From assembly GCA_000999095.1 (NCBI GenBank), contig LCFP01000012.1:68140-132139 (forward strand): a stretch of DNA of 64,000 bases. Direction: 5' to 3'. The stretch comes from Candidatus Gottesmanbacteria bacterium GW2011_GWA2_43_14 (GTDB lineage Bacteria; Patescibacteriota; Microgenomatia; 2-02-FULL-39-11). Position numbers and translations under genes: made by a program. This document shows, one piece after another, positions 57,857-64,000 of this stretch; the stretch's first letter is position 1; each line of letters opens with the position of its first letter. The notes beneath the pieces were generated by a model that was not told the DNA's origin, did not search any database, and saw nothing but the letters and a program-made list of their open reading frames with translations.

Positions 57857-58743
57857 TGAATATCATCAAATATAAGAACTGGTTTTTCGCTTTTTCCGGT
57901 GCAATCATACTTCCGGGTATTGTTTCCCTTCTTGTTTGGGGAATCAAACCCTCCATAGATTTTACCGGAGGCAGCCTTTTAGAGATTAAAGCAGTTGACG
58001 AAGATAAAAATCTTGATACAAACCGTCTGGCTTCCATTGCCAAGGACCAGGGGATCCAACTCGTTTCTGCTTCAAGGACTCAGGACGGCACTTATCTTCT
58101 CCGTTTAAAGCCTCTTGATAAAGACCAGAACAGGAATTTCCAAAATAAAATTTCCCAGGAGCTGTCGCCCGTCGAGGAAGTCCGTTTCGAAACTGTCGGA
58201 CCGACAATTGGGGCCGAAACTACCCGCAATGCCTTTTATGCCGTGGTTGTGTCTACCATCGCGATTATTATATATATCGCTCTGTCATTCCGGGCTATTC
58301 CCAAACCGTATTCATCCTGGAAGTTCGGCGTCAGTGCTGTATTGACCCTGATCCATGATGTGGTATTGGTGGTGGGGGTTTTTTCCCTCCTGGGACGCTT
58401 TTTCAATGTTGAGGTAGACAGTCTGTTTATCACCGCGCTTTTGACGATCATGGGTTTTTCCATACATGACTCGATTGTGGTCTACGACCGCATCAGGGAA
58501 AATTTACGGAAAATGCCGGGGGAGGATTTTGCCTACATCGTCAATGAGTCGATAGTGCAAACCTTGGCCAGGTCTCTCTCGACTTCATTGACCGTGCTGT
58601 TCACGCTTTTTGCCCTGCTTTTATTTTCCGGAGAATCAATCCGCTGGTTTGTCTTTGCCTTGCTGATCGGTATTGCCTCAGGCAGCTATTCATCCATCCT
58701 GGCCGCCCCTATCCTCATTGCCTGGGAAAAACGCAAGAACTAG
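57856..58743 (+). CDS. secF: Protein translocase subunit SecF
   Basis: SIDFTGGS, VGPTIG.E, LIHDV, GFSIHDSIVVYDRIREN. Confidence 0.97.
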   Translation: MNIIKYKNWFFAFSGAIILPGIVSLLVWGIKPSIDFTGGSLLEIKAVDEDKNLDTNRLASIAKDQGIQLVSASRTQDGTYLLRLKPLDKDQNRNFQNKISQELSPVEEVRFETVGPTIGAETTRNAFYAVVVSTIAIIIYIALSFRAIPKPYSSWKFGVSAVLTLIHDVVLVVGVFSLLGRFFNVEVDSLFITALLTIMGFSIHDSIVVYDRIRENLRKMPGEDFAYIVNESIVQTLARSLSTSLTVLFTLFALLLFSGESIRWFVFALLIGIASGSYSSILAAPILIAWEKRKN

Positions 58744-58746
58744 CCA

Positions 58747-58780
58747 TACACCCTCCAGGTGTTATGAGGCTACACCTATT
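58747..58780. repeat. Short repeated element at the secF/cca convergence
   Basis: TACACCCTCCAGGTGTTATGAGGCTACACCTATT, 31/34 identical to 47431-47464. Confidence 0.8.
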
Positions 58781-60149
58781 CTTTGAGGGTTATTTCTTTT
58801 TTCAAATCTTTTATTCTTTTAAGCAGAATCTCGCGCGTATTGGGCAGTTTGCCTTCAGAAACATCATTGAAAAGCATATTGAGGACCGAGCCGACCATAG
58901 GACCGGAACCGATATTATAAATTTCCATGACATCGCGGCCGTTGGCTTTCAGGTCGGTGACGGAGAACGGCTGTTTTTGTACTTCAAGAAGCCTTTTTTT
59001 GAAAAGCTCGAGCCTCCACGAAGTTTCCCGGGCACCGCCTCCCAGCCTGTCGCCCGTTCTTAAATGAAGCATATCGGCGAGATACTCTTTGCCGACGTTT
59101 TTGATAAAGCGCCGGAGAGCCGAATCTGTCTGCCTCTCATCAACAGTAAACTGGTGGAAACGAACCAGTCGGACAAGTTTTTCGGAGTCTTTTTTTGACA
59201 TGTGAAGCCTGGCGGCAATGTTTCTGACGATTGAGGCACCGACAATCTCATGGTTGTAAAAGGTGATGACCCCTTCATCGGTTTTGCGGAAAGTCGGCGG
59301 TTTGCCCACATCATGCAGAAGCGTCGCCAGGCGGACAACCGGGTCCCTGGAAGGAGTGTTTTTCAGAGATTCCAACAGGTGGTTGCCCACATCGAGCGTG
59401 TGGTGTCTTTTGGGGCTTTTCTGTTCCACTTGGAAACACTTATCAAGCTCCGGCAGTATTTCCGCCAGAAGCAGACTGTTTCGCAAAAGCCTGATGCCTT
59501 CGGTGGGATACGCAGAGGCAAGGATTTTTAAAAGTTCTTCCCTTACCCTTTCTGCCGATATTTTATTGATAAGTTTGGCGTTATCAGTTATGGCTTGAAA
59601 GGTTTTTTCCTCTATCACAAAACCCAATTCAGAAGCCAGGCGGACAGCTCTCATCATCCTCAGGGCATCCTCGTTAAATCTTTCCGGGGCTTTTCCCACG
59701 CTGCGGATGATTTTTTTCTCCAGATCTTTAAGACCTTCAAAAAGATCGGTAATTTCGCTGCCGTCGTAAGCCATGGCATTGACAGTGAAATCCCTTCTTT
59801 GCAGATCCTCTTCCAATTTTTGTCCGAACACTATTTCGTCAGGGTGGCGGAAATCGCTGTAGCCCTTTTCACTGCGGTAAGTGGTAATTTCATAAACCGT
59901 TTTTTTATAGGGATTGTCCCGGTCCATGGGGATGCCGACCGTACCGAATTTATTATCATAGAAACTGTCGGGAAAAAGTTTCTGAATTTGGTCCGGTGTG
60001 GCGTTGGTGGTGAAATCCCAGTCATTTGTCGGGCGTCCAATGACCAGGTCGCGGACACAGCCGCCGACGGCATAGCAGTCAAAGCCGGCTTTTTTCATTT
60101 TGACAATTATCGCAGAAACTTCCTTCGACAATTTAAATTTATTTTTCAT
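58776..60149 (-). CDS. cca: tRNA nucleotidyltransferase (CCA-adding / poly(A) polymerase family) with HD domain
   Basis: VGGCVRD, DWDFTT, EITTYR, DLQRRDFTVNA, EDALRMMRAVR, ISAERV, LLHDVGK. Confidence 0.9.
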   Translation of the reverse strand: MKNKFKLSKEVSAIIVKMKKAGFDCYAVGGCVRDLVIGRPTNDWDFTTNATPDQIQKLFPDSFYDNKFGTVGIPMDRDNPYKKTVYEITTYRSEKGYSDFRHPDEIVFGQKLEEDLQRRDFTVNAMAYDGSEITDLFEGLKDLEKKIIRSVGKAPERFNEDALRMMRAVRLASELGFVIEEKTFQAITDNAKLINKISAERVREELLKILASAYPTEGIRLLRNSLLLAEILPELDKCFQVEQKSPKRHHTLDVGNHLLESLKNTPSRDPVVRLATLLHDVGKPPTFRKTDEGVITFYNHEIVGASIVRNIAARLHMSKKDSEKLVRLVRFHQFTVDERQTDSALRRFIKNVGKEYLADMLHLRTGDRLGGGARETSWRLELFKKRLLEVQKQPFSVTDLKANGRDVMEIYNIGSGPMVGSVLNMLFNDVSEGKLPNTREILLKRIKDLKKEITLKE

Positions 60150-60170
60150 TTTAGTGTTATTATATCCTAT
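60150..60170. promoter_or_regulatory. Bidirectional promoter with overlapping -10 elements
   Basis: Plus strand TGtTATTAT 7 nt before the recJ ATG; minus strand TATAAT 9 nt before the cca ATG. Confidence 0.75.
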
Positions 60171-61862
60171 ATGAAGAAATGGCTTGTGGCTTCAGATAAG
60201 CATTTTAACGTCAGTGACGATCATGTTTACGAAAAAATTATTTCGGAGCTTTTATCCAACAGGGGCTTGACCGGCAAAAAGAATATCGCTAAATTCCTGC
60301 ACCCGGATTTAAAGGAAATAAACTTCCGGGAAGCGGGAATTGACGAAAGTGAGTTGTCCAAAGCGGCTGAAAGGGTAAAGAAAGCCATAAAAAACAAAGA
60401 GCAGATGGTAGTTTACACGGATTATGATGTCGACGGCATTACCTCCGGCGCCATTATATGGGAAACAATCAATGACTTGGGAGGTAAAATCATGCCTTTT
60501 GTGCCGCACAGGGTTACGGAAGGCTACGGACTGTCCGAAACCGGTATTGACCGCGTCATAGAGAAGTTCGATCCCCGGCTGATTATTACGGTTGACCACG
60601 GCATTACGGCAGCGGAGCAGATATCTTATGCCAAAAAAAAAAGTATTGACGTAGTTGTTATCGACCATCATCTGGCTCCGGAAAAACTGCCGAAGGCAGT
60701 GTCCGTCGTCCATTCAACTAAAATGGCAGCCGGCGGCGTAGCCCTTTTGTTCGCCGTCTATCTGTATGAAAAACTCCGCGGACAAAAGGAGGCCGATAAA
60801 AAATTTCTCTCCTTTTTGGATCTGGCAGCCTTGGCCACCATTGCCGACCTTGTTCCTCTGGCCGGAATGAACAGGGTGCTGGTGAAGTACGGCCTTGTGA
60901 GTTTACAAAATACCAAACGGGTAGGACTTGAAGCGTTGATTGCTTCGGCGGGACTGGATAAATCGAAAATTGACGTCTACAGCGTCAGCCATATGCTGGC
61001 GCCAAGGTTAAATAGCACCGGCCGGATCCTGCATGGGCTTGATTCCCTGCGGCTTATCTGCACCAGGGACAGGCAGCGGGCTGTGGAATTGGCCGAAAAG
61101 ATAAGCATGATCAACCGCGACCGCCAACTGATGACAGACGACAACACAGCCAGGGCAAGGGAATTACTGCGGGTTGAGGAGGTAAAGGGTAAAATGGGAA
61201 AACTCATTTTTATAGCCAGCGATTACAACCAGGGAATCATCGGTTTGATTGCCGGCAAACTTGTTGATCTGTACCAGCGGCCGGCAATCGTGGTTTCCGT
61301 GGGAGCTGAATTCTGCAAGGCTTCGGCCAGAAGCGTGGCCGGCTTCAATATTGTCGGGCTTTTGAGGCAGGCTACAGATCTTTTGGTTGATGTCGGCGGT
61401 CATCCGATGGCTGCAGGCTTTACCGTCAGGAAAGACAAACTGGAAATTTTGAAGAAAACTCTTCAGGGTCTTACCGAAAAGACTTTGACTGATGGATTGC
61501 TGGTTGGGACTTTGGCTGTTGATTTGATTTTAGATCTTACGCTTGCCAATCTCAAATTGCTTCAAGCTCAGGAAGACCTGGCACCGTTCGGCATGGGGAA
61601 TCCACAGCCGGTATATGCTTCATACGGGACAGTCCTTGCAGGATATTCGCGGGTGGGAAGGGACCAGAAGCACCTCAAGTTTATATTAAAAGGCGGGGCG
61701 GCATATCTTGAGGCCATCGCTTTTAATTTCGGCGATTTGGCCACCCAGTTGTCGCCGGGAGTGAAGCTGGATGTGGCTTATACCTTAAACCGTGACGGCT
61801 GGAAAGGTAAAGATAACTTGATTTTAAAAATAAAGGATGTTAGGGTAAGCGCTAATCTTTAG
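60171..61862 (+). CDS. recJ: Single-stranded DNA exonuclease RecJ
   Basis: DYDVDG, EGYGL, TVDHG, IDHH, TIADLVPL, APRLNSTGR, GGHPMAAG, PFGMGNP. Confidence 0.96.
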   Translation: MKKWLVASDKHFNVSDDHVYEKIISELLSNRGLTGKKNIAKFLHPDLKEINFREAGIDESELSKAAERVKKAIKNKEQMVVYTDYDVDGITSGAIIWETINDLGGKIMPFVPHRVTEGYGLSETGIDRVIEKFDPRLIITVDHGITAAEQISYAKKKSIDVVVIDHHLAPEKLPKAVSVVHSTKMAAGGVALLFAVYLYEKLRGQKEADKKFLSFLDLAALATIADLVPLAGMNRVLVKYGLVSLQNTKRVGLEALIASAGLDKSKIDVYSVSHMLAPRLNSTGRILHGLDSLRLICTRDRQRAVELAEKISMINRDRQLMTDDNTARARELLRVEEVKGKMGKLIFIASDYNQGIIGLIAGKLVDLYQRPAIVVSVGAEFCKASARSVAGFNIVGLLRQATDLLVDVGGHPMAAGFTVRKDKLEILKKTLQGLTEKTLTDGLLVGTLAVDLILDLTLANLKLLQAQEDLAPFGMGNPQPVYASYGTVLAGYSRVGRDQKHLKFILKGGAAYLEAIAFNFGDLATQLSPGVKLDVAYTLNRDGWKGKDNLILKIKDVRVSANL

Positions 61863-61866
61863 AACC

Positions 61867-63369
61867 ATGCGCAAAATACCGACAACCATGGCTACCCAGC
61901 ATCCGGACAATGCCGGCAAGCCCTATTGGCACACACGCCCTTTTATATCTTCTTCCGCGGAACTTAAGGAAAGCTACCTTTGTTTTTCCGACCTCTCAAT
62001 CGATGAGTACAACTGGGATTGGGAAGGCAAATTTGTTGATGAGGCTGTTGTCGACAGGCTTTTGCATGAGTATTATCCGTATTTCCGTAAAAATCCCTTA
62101 GGCCGGGAGAAATTCCTAACCTTCCGTTTTCCCAATCCGCGTGTGGAAAAGCAATTCCGGCTGGCCAGGGCTCTGATGGTGGCCATCACTTCCAGCCAGC
62201 TTTCCCGCAGTTTGGGATTTGACCGGCCGCCTATTTTTGAAGCTATTTTGCCGCTGACCGAAACTGCGGAGGAAATCATCGACATTCAGGAAGCTTACCG
62301 CCTTCTGGTGGGGATTGAACACCGGCTCTTGAAGATGAACGAATCACTGTCCCATATGGAGATCATTCCGCTTTTTGAACAGGTATCGACCATCATGTAT
62401 TCCGATGAACTATTGGCCAAATATATTGATCTACACCTTAAAAAATTCAAGAAGAAGCCGGCTTATATCAGGCCTTACTGTGCCCGCAGCGATCCGGCTT
62501 TAAATTCGGGCCTGGTTCCTACCATTCTGGCTTTGAAAGTAGCCCTGTCAAAATACAGGAAGCTGGAAGAGGCAAAAGGCGTGCCTCTTTACCCGATGCT
62601 GGGTACAGGCTCCCTGCCTTTCCGGGGCGGACTTTCGCCTGCAAATGTCGGTAATTCTCTCAAAGAATATGCCGGCGTCGACACCCTGACCATTCAAAGC
62701 GCTTTCCGTTATGACTATCCGAAAAAGGAAGTCGTAGCCGCCATAAAAAAAATTAATGCCGAATTGCCGGAAAACCGGGCGGCCCAACTTACATCCTTTG
62801 AAGTTAGGGAAGTCGAAGAAGTAATTCCGGGTTTTATCAAAAATTACCGTACTACGGTCGAAAATATAGCTGGAATTATCAATGCTGTTTCCGGCCATGT
62901 TTCCAAAAGACGGGAAAGGATGCAGCATATCGGTTTGTTCGGCTACAGCCGGGGGGTGGGGAAAGTGCAACTGCCGCGCGCCATCACATTCACGGCAGCC
63001 TTATATTCTTTGGGAGTGCCGCCTGAGCTGATCGGAACGGGCAGGGGACTTGCCGAAGCGAAAAAAAAGGGGCTTTTAAATTCAGTCAGGCGCCACTATC
63101 TGTTTTTAAAAGAGGATTTGCAACAGGCAGGTTTTTATCTGAATAAAAAAAATTTGGAAATATTGGCAGGCCGGTCGAATTACTGGCAGGAGGTTGAGGA
63201 GGACATTAGGCAAATCGAGAAAATTATGGAGCTGGAATTGGGTCCTGAAACCGGGGAGCACAGGAAGCACCTTTTAATCACGGAAAAGATCCTGGATAAA
63301 TATTACCGGAACCAAAATATCAGCCAGCTTATTACCTTGGGCGGATTATTGAGAAGAAGCCTGGGGTGA
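61867..63369 (+). CDS. ppcA: Phosphoenolpyruvate carboxylase, archaeal type
   Basis: IPTTMATQHPDNA, WDWEGK, IPLFE, ARSDPALNSG, GSLPFRG, TIQSAFRYD, GLFGYSR, LPRAI.F. Confidence 0.93.
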   Translation: MRKIPTTMATQHPDNAGKPYWHTRPFISSSAELKESYLCFSDLSIDEYNWDWEGKFVDEAVVDRLLHEYYPYFRKNPLGREKFLTFRFPNPRVEKQFRLARALMVAITSSQLSRSLGFDRPPIFEAILPLTETAEEIIDIQEAYRLLVGIEHRLLKMNESLSHMEIIPLFEQVSTIMYSDELLAKYIDLHLKKFKKKPAYIRPYCARSDPALNSGLVPTILALKVALSKYRKLEEAKGVPLYPMLGTGSLPFRGGLSPANVGNSLKEYAGVDTLTIQSAFRYDYPKKEVVAAIKKINAELPENRAAQLTSFEVREVEEVIPGFIKNYRTTVENIAGIINAVSGHVSKRRERMQHIGLFGYSRGVGKVQLPRAITFTAALYSLGVPPELIGTGRGLAEAKKKGLLNSVRRHYLFLKEDLQQAGFYLNKKNLEILAGRSNYWQEVEEDIRQIEKIMELELGPETGEHRKHLLITEKILDKYYRNQNISQLITLGGLLRRSLG

Positions 63370-63409
63370 GCTATACTAAAGAGGAATATTCCTGTCCCGA
63401 ACCTGATTT

Positions 63410-64000
63410 ATGAAAACAATTTCACCTTCCCGCCGCGCTCTGGAAGCGCCCGCTTCTGCCATCAGGAAGCTGGTGCCTTTGGCTGACGCTGCCAAAAAAA
63501 GGGGCATAAAGGTTTATCACGTCAATATCGGACAGCCTGATTTGCCGACACCCGCTCCCGTCATGAAAGCTATCAGGGAATTTCCCGAGAAAACCCTGGA
63601 ATATGCTCCTTCAGCCGGCATAAGAGAAGCACTGGAGGCCTGGGAAACATTTTACCGGAAGAAGAAATTCCCTTTTTCGGTTCAGGATCTGCTGATTACC
63701 TCAGGGGGCAGCGAAGGTCTGATTTTTGCTTTTTTCGCGGTAACCGACCCCGGTGACGAAATAATCATGTTTGAACCCTTCTACACAAGTTATGCCATTA
63801 TTGCCGCCATGGGCGCAATCAGGATTGTTCCTGTGACAACACAGGTAGAAGACGGCTATCATCTGCCTGATAAAAAAACTATTGAGGGTGCGATAACCTC
63901 CAAAACCCGGGCTATATTAGTATGCAATCCCAATAATCCTACAGGCACACTCTACCGGGATGAGGAAGTGAAGCTCATAAAAGAGATTGCCCTGGAACGA
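63410..64000 (+). CDS. Class I/II PLP aminotransferase, aspartate aminotransferase-like, 5' partial
   Basis: SAIRKLVP.A..AK..G.KVYHVNIGQPD, ITSGGSEGL, EPFY, CNPNNPTG; runs off the window. Confidence 0.88.
   Translation, partial: MKTISPSRRALEAPASAIRKLVPLADAAKKRGIKVYHVNIGQPDLPTPAPVMKAIREFPEKTLEYAPSAGIREALEAWETFYRKKKFPFSVQDLLITSGGSEGLIFAFFAVTDPGDEIIMFEPFYTSYAIIAAMGAIRIVPVTTQVEDGYHLPDKKTIEGAITSKTRAILVCNPNNPTGTLYRDEEVKLIKEIALER

Noticed and set aside
58764-59063. 99-aa plus-strand ORF starting within the repeat element
   Set aside because: Almost entirely antisense to cca; no coding signal
59595-60170. N-terminal extension making a 755-aa RecJ
   Set aside because: Overlaps cca antisense; RecJ-like sequence and the promoter fit a start at 60171
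1-64000. Alternative genetic code (TGA as Gly or Trp)
   Set aside because: Many well-conserved genes end at TGA with ATGA overlaps and have no internal TGA
1-64000. tRNA, rRNA, integrase, transposase or prophage genes
   Set aside because: None recognisable by eye; tRNAscan and IS searches were not run

Overview
Gene-dense bacterial chromosomal window, genetic code 11, with many ATGA stop/start overlaps. The gene mix (DUF3048, DUF4446, DUF5679, wHTH-nucleotidyltransferase beside secDF, archaeal-type PEP carboxylase, DUF4143 ATPase, GT-C membrane proteins) suggests Patescibacteria/CPR, Microgenomates-like; this is inference only. Contents in order: coaBC, two toxin-antitoxin pairs, miaB-miaA, an atypical RNase P RNA, secreted proteins, a ~22 kb surface-glycan cluster with an AT-rich core, adenine deaminase, a bactofilin-like protein, a ~13.5 kb convergent branched-chain amino acid island (ilvD-ilvB-ilvN-ilvC-thrC-like-ridA-ilvE facing cupin-leuA-leuC-leuD-leuB), secDF, cca/recJ, ppcA and an aminotransferase. 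Most notable: (1) a threonine-synthase-family enzyme fused to a LeuA/CimA-type allosteric domain with an altered substrate loop, sitting where ilvA is expected and next to ridA; (2) two unannotated near-leaderless leader-peptide attenuators (Ile/Leu/Val-rich and Leu-rich); (3) miaA has no canonical start and overlaps miaB at an A_AAA_AAG / ATCA junction; (4) dispersed palindromic elements, one in-frame inside miaA; (5) widespread apparent leaderless promoters, including a 21-bp bidirectional one. All calls come from reading motifs by eye; no database search was run.
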